A stretch of DNA of 64,000 bases from Phoronis australis (taxonomy: Eukaryota; Animalia; Phoronida). Shown here piece after piece: positions 1-12,408 of the stretch (position 1 is the first letter of the stretch; every line of letters starts with the position of its first letter). The DNA lies in contig NMRA01000143.1 in assembly GCA_002633005.1 (NCBI GenBank), positions 253,402 to 317,401 of the forward strand. The letters run 5' to 3'. The position numbers were made by a program, and so were the translations under genes. The notes beneath the pieces were generated by a model. It did not search any database. It was not told where the DNA came from and was given only the letters and a program-made list of their open reading frames with translations.

Positions 1-237
1 ACCGCCTTAATACCATACATATTTATCTGCTGAAAGCGAAATCAGAACAAAACAAATCAACACTGGCAACTGAAATACATTCATGTCCCAACAGGAAATT
101 CGTCAGCCAGTCGGGCTCACGGGAACCAATGGGAAGCCGTGATTTCGGGCTCAGGGGAACCAATGGATAGCGGTGATCTCCTGTGCAGTTTGCTACAGCT
201 TTGTACAAATTATTGGATCGCAAAAACATATTTTCAG

Positions 238-2974
238 AGTTACTAGACGAAGACATCGTGCGCTGCGTCAACAAGTATAGTAAAACAAATTACACAGAGT
301 CAACTTCACTTTTTCTGGAGTTCCATGGTAGCCACCAGGAAGCGGAAATGCAGGCGCGTGCAGTTGGTAAGTGGGTTGCAAAGCCGGTGGTCATGTGCGA
401 CTGTGAACGCTGTTCTTAGAATTTTCTTCAGTGTGCGTTGCATTCACATGTAATTAAAGTCCATGCACAAACGTTTGGTTTTTAGTTTTAGTTATTGATG
501 TTCGTTGGTCTGCGTTCCATGTACCCAAGAAACTCCCAAAGCACTTGAGGCGAGAATCTTCGCTTATGGAACGGAAACAGTGAATTCTATCCCATAATTT
601 AATATTCAACCTCACCAACCAATCATTTCATGTTCATTGGCCGCTATTTTGCTAGGCATACTCGCTAAACGCCTTTCACTCGCCCGTTTTTTTCGTAGTC
701 CTCTGGGATCTAGCTTTATAGCACGATTCCTGCGTTTAGGGTACGCACCTGCATTATATTGTCAGCCATTTTACAATTACATGATTTTAGAACACTAGCA
801 CTGATGATAGTTAGCGAAGTGAAGGTTACTTAAACTCGAGGCTGAACGTAACATCAATGTAAACGGGCAGAGAAAACTGGCATTTGAAAATTTCAGAAGA
901 TCAAGCATTGATCATCGCCATTTTGTATACTCAACGCAAGTGGAAGTAATCTATTATTGTATATTGTATTTGTATCGACGACTAGTAGACGTATAATTTT
1001 ATCGTAACAGAAGAGCTAGCGAAGTACAACAATGGCTCCGACTTTCAATGGTCCTCAGACAGCCAAGAACGAAACAAACTTTGGAAGGCTAGACATAACA
1101 CATTATACGCCATTAAAGCAACCCGGCCTAATACAATGGTAGGTTCAACTGGTGTTTGCACATGTTTTATTGGTGAACTTTGTATTATCGTAAACTCTAC
1201 TAACTACTCAAATTTGTTGAATGATCCGAGCCCTAACGAGATGGTTTTTTTTTCATTTTTGACGTATTTTTGGTATCTTTACGGTTTTACTCAGCGACAT
1301 TTCAATGATTCCTTTCTTCGGATAATTTTTAAATTCTTTTTAGTTTTTAAAATGCGTAGAAGTGGGAAGATTTTCATAAGAAGTCTCTCAATTTTTAGGT
1401 AATATCAACGGACGTGTGTGTCCCGATTTCGTTGTTACCGGAATGCATAATGGAAACTAAAGAGGATATTTCAGGATATGGATATCCAGGTAATATATGT
1501 TTAGACATCGAGGTAATTGTTTCGACACAGTCCTGATTACACGAAGTATCTCTGATATAGGTTGGTCTATGTGTGTTTGCTCATAGTGAAAAACGTGTTC
1601 ATGAATCATATTTTTTTTCGGAACGCAAGAATTTTTTTCTTTAACAATCTAACTACCGTTCAAATGAACACGCAGCGGGCTCGTTTTATGTACTTCAAAA
1701 CTGACATTTTCTATGAAAATACAGGACTGTAATTAAGTAATATTCCTAATTTTTAATGATATCTTCAAGTCGTGAGGCGTACTGGCACTAGAGGGGAAAA
1801 TACAGGGAAAGTGTCTCCATGTTGTTTATTTTGACTTTTTGATGTTCTCATTTTTGAACATTTTATACATTGTATTTACTAACATTTAATTTGATCACTA
1901 CACGAGGCCTTTGCTGTCGTCACGGCTATCACCCCCGTCGTCTTCAGACGTCGTATTAGTGATTGAGGATGTTCTCTGATATCAGTATCATTGGTTATTG
2001 CCTTGTTCAGGTTAGTAGTCGTGGCCGAGCGGTTAAGGCGATAGACTAGAAATCTATTGGGTTCTACCCGCGCAGGTTCGAATCCTGCCGACTACGTTAT
2101 ATGTTTTAATTTTCGTTTGAATATTCATACCACAATATCAGCCTGGAATAGACAATACAACTGTAAATAACCCATTTAGTTATTAAACGGCGTTGAATAT
2201 CATTTTGGCGTGAAACTCAGGCCGGTATCGAACCCGTTCCGCAAGAGTTTCGAGTCGTCGACTTTACCACTGCACCCATAGACATCATGATGAGGATTGT
2301 GGAGCATTTTCGGCCACGGGGCTAACGCCTCTCGGGTGATAATTCTCCAAAATCCACGCGGGCTCTAGATTACGGGGGATGAAGACTTCGCCATGTAATA
2401 ATCTATATTTATTCCATATTTACAGCATTCTTAGTGGGACATGTGGGTGATGGAAACTTTCACATCAACTTGAATATGGACATAGACAATGAAGATGAAG
2501 TGAAAATTATTAAAGACATTGCTGACAGAGTAGTGGAGTGAGTTGATATTCTTACCCTAGCGGGCTGATTAATTTTAAGTCGAGATGATATCATTTTATT
2601 TACAAATCGGTCATTCCTCACCAAATTAGTAACAGTGCGACTGGTTTTAGTTCAAGCAAGGTAATTTAAAGCAGATCTAGGCTAGCTTGTACTCAAAGTG
2701 TCGAAATCAACAAATGTATAATTTAATGGCCAGAAATTTTACTGGACTCGTTGAATTCCTGCATGATTTTCTATTTTTACAAACACATCTTTTCTTTAGG
2801 CGTGCTTTATCCAAGCACGGCACATGCACGGGGGAGCACGGTATTGGATTGGGCAAAGTAAAGTGGCTGGTGCCGGAAGTGGGACAAAATGGAGTCGATG
2901 TGATGAAGGCCATCAAGAAGAGTCTTGATCCTCGCGGCATTATGAACCCTGGCAAAGTGTTTCCGGTTGGTTAA
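238..2974 (+). CDS. LDHD: Mitochondrial D-lactate dehydrogenase (FAD-linked oxidase C-terminal domain), 3' part; 5' exons lie upstream of the window
   Basis: GT-AG exons 238-366, 1011-1138, 1399-1489, 2426-2537 and 2800-2974 splice in frame. They give LFLEFHGS...LWKARH...STDVCVPIS...GHVGDGNFH...[13 protein letters not shown]...[13 protein letters not shown], the hallmark motifs of LDHD/DLD1. Confidence 0.93.
2015..2096 (+). tRNA. tRNA-Ser(AGA), inside an LDHD intron
   Basis: 82 nt GTAGTCGTGGCCGAGCGGTTAAGGCG ATAGA-CTAGAAA-TCTAT ... GGTTCGAATCC TGCCGACTACG. Acceptor stem GTAGTCG/CGACTAC pairs, the long variable arm is typical of Ser, A and B boxes are intact, and a TTTT Pol III terminator follows at about 2104. 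Confidence 0.96.
2215..2283 (-). repeat. tRNA-like sequence (SINE head or tRNA pseudogene)
   Basis: Reverse complement has A-box-like GGTGCAGTGGTAAA and B-box GGGTTCGATACC at tRNA spacing, but the stems pair poorly. Confidence 0.45.
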
Positions 2975-4078
2975 AAAACTGCATATGGCGATTTATCCTT
3001 CAACGACTGGTGATATCCTATGACAATACGCAAAGACTTCCGCCAAGTGGCAGCTATTGTGAGACGCCATGAAAGCGCGATTCGATAAGATAGGCAGAAA
3101 CGAGAGATTGCACCTCGAATTCATCAAATCTTATGAATGTATGGATAGACGTCATTTGGACCGCGAAGTTCAAAGATTCAAAAGTCCGTATCGGCACATG
3201 AATTTCACATGACTTTTGCGTAAATTAAAACAGATTATGAGTTGCAAATATTCATGTTTGAAATTCCCGTGTAACCTCAGACTCGGAGCAGCACCGCCTT
3301 ATTGTATGAAAATAGTTGTCTCTGGTTGCAATGTTGTTACTGCTTGTTAGTGAAAACGTCAAATATAAATCTGCAAAAATATCGAGTTCACTAAAAATAA
3401 CTATGTGGTAGCAAGGAATGCTGGTGGCGCTTCGTCGAACCTCTGGAGAAAACGACAAGACAAAGAGTTATTAAACGATAAATCAGTCTAACAAAACTGG
3501 TGAAACTGTCCAATAAATAAAAAATATTTGTGGCGGCCTAGTTTTGACACGATGCGTAGGACAGCGAGTCAGTAGTGAATAAAAGAAAGCGAGCGACGTG
3601 GGAGTTTGTCGAACTCGACCGTGGAGGAGTGTTGAAAACTGCACTGCCTGTGGCCGACATTTTACCCCGACACTGGATTGTGGTGTGAAACAACGAGAAG
3701 TTCACATTAACTTGTATTTCACTCCAAATTACTGCAAGACAAAAAATACCAACAAACATCGTTCATGCTCTAGGCATTAATATCAAATCAGCAAGGAAAA
3801 CAACCAGTTTAAACACTAACACAATTCTACATAAATCACTGACTGCACTCGAAAATTGACAAATCGCGTGCGACGCTGCGAGTACTAAATTTCCCATATC
3901 CAATGCGATTTATGCCAGGTTGGTGGTCAAATTCTCACCTCCATTACATTTACTAGTAAATCCCCTCTGTCAAATGAAATGTTTTCATAAACCTTTTCCA
4001 TTATTACATGAGATCGCAGTTGCGTCCTAGAGACCTAAACACTGTCGTTTTGATTTCTTCTTTTAGTCTAGCGTGTGT

Positions 4079-5110
4079 TTAAAGAGTAGTTTCTGTGTTT
4101 CTAACAGAAGGCCGCACGTCTTCAACGTCAACCTTTTCAGAAACTGTGCTCACGTGGTTTTCATGTTCACGCGCGCCTTCATTCACGATGACGTCGGTGG
4201 CAGATGAATCTTTAGCAGACGAACGGATCTGCTTCAGTTCACGAATGCAGAAGACTTGCTTGTAAATCTCGCGGAATTCTTCATTCAGGCAATACAGGAA
4301 CGGATAGCACGCGAACCCATAGGCGGAAATAAGCCAAAGAATGTGGACCAGAACTGCCAAACCACTTCTCTCGTACGCCGAAGCTACTGCGTCGGGCAAG
4401 TACGTCACAACGTAGTAAATAGAGACGACTAGCGCCATTTTGGCTAGTCTGGCTTCGTGATTGAAGTATGTCCTTAAGCGCATCAGTTCGTCGGGTGTTC
4501 GTTCTCCTCCTTCAAGAATTCTCTTCTGTTTGCTCTTTACGTGATAGAAGATATGAATGAAGCAATACAAAATAACAATGGCGGGAATGGCAAAAACTAC
4601 TGCGATGACAGCATTGCGTACCGGGGCGGTTTCTTCGCGTATACTTATCACACAGCGGGACAAATCTAGGTGATACTCGCCATTGTTTTGCACGGTAGAC
4701 GGGAGCAGCAGAAAAACGGGCAGAAGGAAGGAGACAACGATCATTATAATAGTCATACACTTTCCAAGCTTGTTCTTGTAATAGCTGTGCCAAACTATGG
4801 CAAAGTATCTATCCAAAACGCACATTAGGATACAAAGAAAGGCTGCACCAGCTCCAAACCAGTTCAAGTGCGCTGCAACCTGACAAAGTCCTGTGTCATT
4901 GAGGCTAGACGGCTCGACCATTCCGTGCGCGGTGAGCGGCACCATGAAGGCGACCATTATAAGGTTGGCCCCGCAAAGAGTTGACAAGAAGACGAAGAAA
5001 GGCTCATGAAGATGTTGGAAGTAGATGACTAGTGCAATGACCAATATGTTGCCTGGAATGCCAACGATCATGGCCGGTATGCTGGTGTAAGCGGCCCACT
5101 CAGCGGTCAT
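4079..5110 (-). CDS. Class A (rhodopsin-like) GPCR, melatonin-receptor/Moody-like orphan, single coding exon
   Basis: Seven hydrophobic segments, TM1 GN (PGNILVI), TM3 Cys (GLCQ), DRY (LDRYFAIV), TM5 P...Y (IPAIVILYCF) and TM6 YLP. First ATG is at 5110; the frame stays open to a splice acceptor at about 5233, so an upstream exon is possible. Confidence 0.9.
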   Translation of the reverse strand: MTAEWAAYTSIPAMIVGIPGNILVIALVIYFQHLHEPFFVFLSTLCGANLIMVAFMVPLTAHGMVEPSSLNDTGLCQVAAHLNWFGAGAAFLCILMCVLDRYFAIVWHSYYKNKLGKCMTIIMIVVSFLLPVFLLLPSTVQNNGEYHLDLSRCVISIREETAPVRNAVIAVVFAIPAIVILYCFIHIFYHVKSKQKRILEGGERTPDELMRLRTYFNHEARLAKMALVVSIYYVVTYLPDAVASAYERSGLAVLVHILWLISAYGFACYPFLYCLNEEFREIYKQVFCIRELKQIRSSAKDSSATDVIVNEGAREHENHVSTVSEKVDVEDVRPSVRNTETTL

Positions 5111-6597
5111 TGTGTTAGGCTTTTGGCATGTGAGCAAGCACAACGAGTATTCAAATCGAGCGTCGAGGTGTAGCAGTGTGCAGTAGTGAACACTGGTTAA
5201 TAGTTTTCCTCCATGTTTTCGGTGGTTGTACCCTATAAAGAAATAACAAATGTTTCATTTATTATTCAAGAAGGCCGCTATTTACCTGTTTTTTGACGTG
5301 AGACTCAGTTTGAGCATGGAGTTTAGTAAATCCATAAAAAATGTTTTATTCAAGTGTTGCTTTTTTCAAATACTGCAGTTGGACGTACTGGCAACTAAAA
5401 CGCACCAACCCTCCAACATTTGACAAGCTTGCCAGGTATAGCAGGTGATCAAGTTTCAGTTCGCCAGACTGTCTACAATTTGAAACGGTGATGCTTTTTC
5501 GATACTAGTATTTGACTCACAAACATATTTCTATTTGACTCACAAACGTATTTCCCTTCTACGTTATTTAAGCTGAGATTGCGTGTGCGTAGCCCGCACA
5601 CAAATATTTGTCAGGGACACCCAGTTAGCAATTGTCGTGTATTCTTGATTTGACTTTTGTCAGGAGAAATAATTCAAGTTCTGAAAAAAGGCGAGTTATC
5701 ACTTCTTGCTTTCCGCAATACAAAATTATCTATGGACCTTGGTAATTGCTGGTATTTTGGCGTGCTAAACCATCTCGAACTTGTATTAACTTAGCTGGAT
5801 GTCGCAGATTTTTGGATATTCAAATGCGAGCGCATTCTCACTTCGAATGGTGCATCGTTTTAGAAACACTGGCTTTTGTTGCGAGTCGATTGGCGGAAAA
5901 TTACTCTTCGATAAAGACGGAAATGCCTTTCCCATGACTTGAAAAAATATTTTTCTCCGAAATAGCTTGCCGGGTGTTTTATATTTTCACAAAACAATGG
6001 TGCGAAAGATTTAAAATGATGCGAGCGCCGACCACATCCTAGCACATTTTATTAGCGTGCAATGGAACATGGTTTGCAGCTCTTTCGCCAGAATCGAAGG
6101 CCCAATCCCGAATATATCTACAGTTCTACTTTGTACCTATGATCTTACGCTACGTATTGAATGTCTTAATGGCATGCCTAGTTGAGGAAGGTCAAGGCCC
6201 AGACTACGATACGACGATAATTGCCAATGAAACAGAGTTTCGGTCGTCAAAATCTTCCTGAGGTACGAACGACACTGTAACATTGAACACAGCGGCCAAC
6301 CTTGGTGTCCATAACTGCAGCCATGTAATGGCAATGTGTGGTCAGGGCGTGTTTTGCCTTGCAAACATAAACACACCTTACACAACCTATTGTTTCGCAC
6401 ACGCAACGAATATATGGTTTACGTTTTAATGTCGCCATGTCCTCCCCAGCAGCGCAAATGCCCGGAGAGTACTTGAATCAATTTTGACGGGAGGTGAACA
6501 CAGGACCAAGATAATGATACGCACCAATTTGCAGGGAGTTTCTAAGAAAAATCACAGTTTGGGAGGGTTCTGTTCCAGAAGCATCTCCCCTTTGTAG

Positions 6598-6757
6598 CAG
6601 TGGCGGATTTAGGGGGGGGGGCCAGGGGGCCAGTGCCCCCTGAAATTCTTCCAGATTCCATTTGGCAGTTCGGTGGTCCGAATGTCTGACGGGCAAAAGC
6701 CTGGCTGATACTCTGCCCTGCCCTCCCCCAACTCAAAATCTTGGATCCGCCCCCATG
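6598..6757. mobile_element. Short non-autonomous TIR element (MITE), CAGTGGCGGA...GGATCCGCC type
   Basis: Imperfect inverted ends GGCGGATTT / GGATCCGCC with internal G and C runs. A related degenerate copy lies at about 7921-8030 (CTGGCGGATC...CCCCTAAATCCGCC). Confidence 0.55.
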
Positions 6758-6899
6758 TGTAGGGTTTGATTCCATACAGCTTATCATTTTCTAGGATTTC
6801 CTCAATTTCTTGTGCAAGTTTAACCCATGTCATGTTGGTATTAGATAATCCATGTTTTGCAACCAAGTTTTAAAAACGTGAATTTTATTAGAAACCTGA

Positions 6900-7000
6900 A
6901 CAGTCACTTACAGGGTCCCAAATTTTGAGAACCAGTTTGATACCCGTCATTCAGTGGAGAAAACTGGTTCTCAAAATATGACACCGCTGTAAATGACTGT
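6900..7000. repeat. About 100-bp imperfect palindrome (hairpin/MITE-like)
   Basis: ACAGTCACTTACAG...ATTTTGAGAACCAGTTT is inverted relative to AAACTGGTTCTCAAAAT...CTGTAAATGACTGT. Confidence 0.7.
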
Positions 7001-9196
7001 GTCTAAACACTTATATATATATATAGTTTTATGTCGGTGGAAAATGAATCTTTTGTGGGGTTTCGATCTCCCACAGTATAGGAAATTAAATAGAAAAGGC
7101 ACCCCTTCTGTGATTTTTTTCAGAAACGGTACCCGTGTACCCGTCTGCTATGAGAAAAATACCCATCGGGATGAAAAAGTCTTATGCTTAAGCTACCGCG
7201 CCATGGGGGCGGGGTTATCATTTTTTTTCTAGTAGCAGTCACCTAGATTTATCTAAACACTCACCTATGTACTTACGAGTCTACATCCCATTAGCACTAA
7301 AGTTAAAGCGAGACGCGCCCTCTACAGTACAAAAGTTGTCCCAGTGTCTGACTTATCATTAATATGTCATCATTTACGACAGGACATTCCGGCGCACAAA
7401 CTGCTTCATGTAAAGCGGGTTATGATGTCAGTTTGATGGGTAGACCTTTGATTTTACAGCCTTGACGCATTGTAACTGCATGACTTCTCCTCCGGGCAGT
7501 GCTGTAGCGAGGCGTAGGCGCATGTAGGCGCAGCAAACCACTTTTTGGCATTTGAACGTAGCGCCTACGCGCCGTAAGTTACGTTCAGTGTTCAAGGTGA
7601 TACGGTGGGCTTTGGGCGCCTACTTAACTCTAATTTTACCACCACAATACTACGTAAGAGACGTGAACAGAGGCCTACACCTGAAAGAGCGACGAACCGA
7701 TATCGGAAGAGCCTCAAAACTTGACTTCAATGGTTTATTATTTCCGAGAGTCGGCATAACAACCGTATTTTAACTGGTGCGTTATTTTTTTCTTAACGAT
7801 TGTTAAGATGTTCATTACAATGGCATCGATAGGCACATAGGTTACAAATCAAATCACACAATACATTCTGCATTAATTAACTGACAAATTTACCACCTGT
7901 TCATAATTGGTAGCAATGCTCTGGCGGATCTTATAAGGAGGGCAACCATGATGTCCAGGTCAACTTAGAAAACCGCAGGCCAGTGGTGTGCTTAGGTCGG
8001 ACGTGTTGGGATTAACCCCCTAAATCCGCCTTTATAGAAAGATTCTAAGTCAATTTACTGACCTCAAAGATAGTGAATAGCGCAAAAATCAAGCGGGACA
8101 GAGGCACTGGAATATAATTCGTCGAAGCAATGTTTACCAAGTTGAACCCAAATAGTTTCATTACATTTATGCTCAACCCGATCAAATAATAAGTAAAGGG
8201 CTTAAGAAACAAATGAGTCCAGGTCAGTGGGTGCACAAATTAATTCTCAGAGCGGGAAGTTGCATTTGCGTTGGTGTACGTTGCTTTAAAGTCTTTCTGA
8301 GCCGTGCCCCACAGCGTGTCTGAGGCAAACATTCGTGCCCATAATAGCAGAACGTTACGTGTCTGCTAGTTTTGGCTGGCTTGTGAATGAGAGGCTAACA
8401 CTTATTCAGTGTCACGTGACTTGAATTAGTGTACCCGTGCTGTATGTTGAACATTGGTGCTTAAAAACTAATCAGATTAATCGAATCAAAATGTTACAAG
8501 CCGCCACATAACTTTTGACTAAAGCTTGTTAAATGTGTTCGCTATGACATCGTGGTTAAGTGATTTTATATCAGACAATCTGAACAAGTGACGAAGGCAT
8601 AGGCTCTACGTGATCGAGTCGGGCGTGGATTCAGTTACTACGAGATCCCAGGGGTTTCGGCGATTGTCTATCAAAAATTAGTTCTGAAGCTCTGTAAATT
8701 ACTTACCCTTGCACTCAACGATTCGTTGTACAAGTTGGGTGATAGTCGCTTGATCAGACTAATTACTCAGTTGACGAATCGCGCCAAATGACGGTCAGTC
8801 ACGACAATCCCGAGTCGAGACGGAATGAATCGGATTAAACAGATAAATTGCTGCTTATCACGTTTAACGCTAGAGAATGTACTTCTCAGGTATGAAGTTG
8901 TCACGATGAATGCAAGCTACATGTAACTCGGTCACTTATTCTGTCATCAGGCTAAGACTCACGTTAAGACCACCTGCCACATCGTTACAAGTTTGCGCCT
9001 GTTTACCTGAGTATCCAGGTAGGTCAAGGTCATTCACTGATTGACCTCTATTGTCGAGGTCACAATAAAGACGAGAAATCTGCACGGGTCGCCACCTGTT
9101 GAATCAGAATAATACTGAGGAGTCGGGCGGACTGTGTCGGCTGTTTGTCTTTGGAAGAAACCAAACAGCGCCAAACGTGTTTTAAAGTACCCATTA

Positions 9197-9341
9197 CATG
9201 GGCGGCGCAGCACTGAAAAAAGTGGGGGAAGCCCCCTCAGATCAGCCCTCCTGTGGTGCACCGCCTATAGACCATGTACGGCGTAGCACTGAAAAAGTGG
9301 GGGGCTTTAGCCCCCCAGCCCCCTATGGTGCGCTGCCCATG
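9197..9341. mobile_element. MITE with CATGGGCGGCGCA terminal inverted repeats, copy 1
   Basis: Ends CATGGGCGGCGCA / TGCGCTGCCCATG, flanked by the direct repeat CATTA (9192-9196 and 9342-9346). Second copy at 14282-14435. Confidence 0.75.
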
Positions 9342-10044
9342 CATTAGGGACTTTGGGAATGAAATTGGGCTCGCTACATGTATTATCAATTGAAAAGATT
9401 ATTCTCAGCAAATGCTGTGTGGAAAATAATTATAAGCACGATAGTTAAATCCGAGTCTTTAATAAATACAATGCTTTTATCGAAATTTCGGAATTTTGAC
9501 GGGATTGGATATTCCAGCTGCCCCGAGTTAGTGTGCTGGCTACTACGCTATATAACGACGAGATTGCGTTATGCATGCCTCTAACAACGAACAGTTTTGG
9601 CAGTCTTTTTATGGAATCGAAACCTCGAACAATCTGCCAACTGGTCAGTTTTCATCTGGACAGACATGCAGTGTCTAGATGGCTGTGTAACATACCCTGT
9701 CTTGTGGTGTCAGTCTAGATAGGCGGCAAAAGAGAAGTGTCTCCTTACACTGACAGTATATCCGTTACAGAGTACTCAGAGTACTTTCAGCTTAAGTACA
9801 CTTGAAATAAACTTTACAGCTGCTGCACTTTCATTTATTTTGACTGTATTCGTGCAATTTACATTCAATATGTGTGCACAGCAGAGACAATATGGTTCCG
9901 AAACATGTACAACGATGCACAGCGTATTTTATGATAAAAAACATTAAAAGTGTTAAAAAGGCGCTCAATATTGAGCTAATACTTCTGTCCCTCAGTCATG
10001 TAATCTGGCATAGGTGTTCTCGTCTTCACAAGCACTACAACACA

Positions 10045-12408
10045 TCAAATGCCGCCATCGTGAGGCGAAACTTTGCGCCTGCAAAGAGGAAGTAGCACAG
10101 ATCTTGACCACGTGACGATTCCGTTGAATTGTGATTTCAAACGCTTGAAAAGTCCTTCGCGTTTTACAATATGTGATTTATCCGTAAAATCATCGACAAT
10201 TCTGTGGGTGTACTCTGAATCAGAAGAAACGGCATCGAGAGGCACATCCACAAACGTCTTGTCGTCTTCTAAATAAATGCCATCAATTACGTATGGCTTG
10301 TTCCTTATTTGCACTCTTGTTTTACTTTTACCGTTGTATTCAGTGTCCATTGAATAATCCTCACTAGCAAAACAAAAATCATACTGAGGCAACGTTGCAA
10401 AAGTAGACGATCTGTCGTCCTCTAAGCGAGCATCCTCAATCTCCCCTGGCTCGTTCTAAGCTTGAAGGTATATGGTATCAATTTTATCATTACTGATTAC
10501 GGACATATCAATATTCGTTTGAAAATTCAACGTCACAAACGAAATGTGACTGTGAGGCCAGGTGGTGACACCAGAAGGTTTAACATCGTTCAGTGCCCGT
10601 GACATGTCTTCGCGCTTGCTGGGCAGACCACTGCTCTTAAATTTTATGTTGTCCTTCTCAACAGTTTCGTCTCTTAACGTGTACTCTAAAAGATTTACAG
10701 CATGAGAAGAAATGGCATCTTGGGGCAACTTAGCGAAGCTGTGCAAATTTGCATCTTCTGGGCTTTTACCTTCGACGCTGCACAGTGTCTCAGATATGGA
10801 TCGTCGTGAGTCCTGTGTAAAAGTTTCCCCAATCGCAGAGAAAATTGTAGGCTTGGTCGAATCACTGAAATCTATCATTGTGATGTCGTCCAAGTGGCGA
10901 CTTCCAACGGATATAATTTCAGATTTCAGGACTTTCTCCTTACTTTCATCATTGTCAGCGAAATCAACAATACTTGACGAGTGTATGACTTCCTGTCGAA
11001 CATCTTCAACGTAGCTTGGCTTGTTTATGCCTTCCAGTTTACCGGCTTCTTTCTCTCCAGTATCAATCATACATGTAGAGCTACGGCGGATGATTTCTGA
11101 AGCAGCTATTTCAATAGAGAAAAAAGTTGCACCGTAAGGTAACCCATGGATATCACAATCTTCGGCGTCAGCAGGAATTTCCTCAATATTTCGTATTTCG
11201 ATGCAATTTTCTTCCTCGGGTGTAATAATAGGGATTTGACTAGCTAGTAATTCTGGCAGCTCAGTCTTTCCATGGACACTCTTCTTCAGCAATTCATCCT
11301 TGGCTGTGGAAATGTGGTAAACGTCCTCAGAAACTCTAGACTCGGTCGACTTGGTGGCGTCTTCAAAGTGGTGACCTTCAACGCTTTTACTTTTAGATTT
11401 CAAGGCTTTCTTCATACCATCAGGGAAACAAGTGACATCTGACGGTTGCATGACTTCCTTTCGAACATTGTCAACGTTAATCGGTTTGTTTCTGTCATCC
11501 AATTTCGTGATTTCTCCCCCTCTACCATCAGGGTTACCAATTGGCGCTTTTGTTGAATTTGGGAGGTCCGTCTTTTGATGGTCATTAGTCTTCCACATCC
11601 CATCTTTCTTTGAAGAAACGGGGCACACTTCCTCCGAAACTGTAGACTCAGTTGTCTTAGTAAAATCAAACAGTGTGGCGTCTTCTAAGTGGTCATTTTG
11701 AACGGGTTTGCTTTCGGATTTCAGGACTTTTTCCTCACTATAAGCCTCATCAGCAAACCCAGTGGTACTTGACGGCTGAATGACTTCCTGTTGAACATCT
11801 TCGACGTCGCCTGGTTTGTTTCTACCGTTCAACTGCATGACTTCTCTCCCTTCAACACCAGGGTCATCAGTAGGACCTTTCTGTTCATTTGTTAGATCCA
11901 TATTTTCATGGACATTCTGTTTTACCTTCTCGTCCTTCCCTGTGGAATCGCGGGACACTTCCTCTGAAGTGTTTCTTTCACATTTTGCGTCTTCTTTGTA
12001 GATGCTTGTCGAGTTTCCAACTTCGCACTCGACTTCACACTCGGTGACATGCCCACCAAGGTCCGTTGATTTGCGGACAGTGTTTGCCTTTTTGCGGCGT
12101 GATGCTATCACAAGAAGAGAACACAAATCTGTTACACACCTGACATAAGATTCCATTAATTTAGTGTCAGCTTCTGCTTTGTGAACAGTTTTGGACACGT
12201 AAGATGTGTCTCCTAACCACTCGTCATTCATTTCCGTGGTTCCAGAGGCATCTTTGTTGCCAAAAGACACAATGTGCGGGAATATCCTTGTGACAGAGTA
12301 AACTTTCTCGGTCGTTCTCAGCATAATTCGCAAAATAAAGTGGATAAGCCATAATATTGTAACTTTTATAAAGTTTCGAATGACACTGTGAGCCATTCCC
12401 GGCTTCAT
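10045..12408 (-). CDS. Orphan acidic, low-complexity protein with an N-terminal hydrophobic segment and three internal repeats; ORF interrupted by one in-frame TAG at 10456-10458
   Basis: Track ORFs 10456..12573 and 10045..10392 are in the same frame with no other stop between them. Likely ATG at 12408 (MKPGMAHS). The repeats begin KPGDVEDVQQEV, KPINVDNVRKEV and KPSYVEDVRQEV. Confidence 0.65.

Noticed and set aside
4079-5143. GPCR as a possible opsin
   Set aside because: No Lys at the retinal-binding TM7 position (segment ISAYGFACYPFLY).
10456-10458. Selenocysteine or pyrrolysine recoding of the internal stop
   Set aside because: The codon is TAG rather than TGA, and pyrrolysine is not known in animals.
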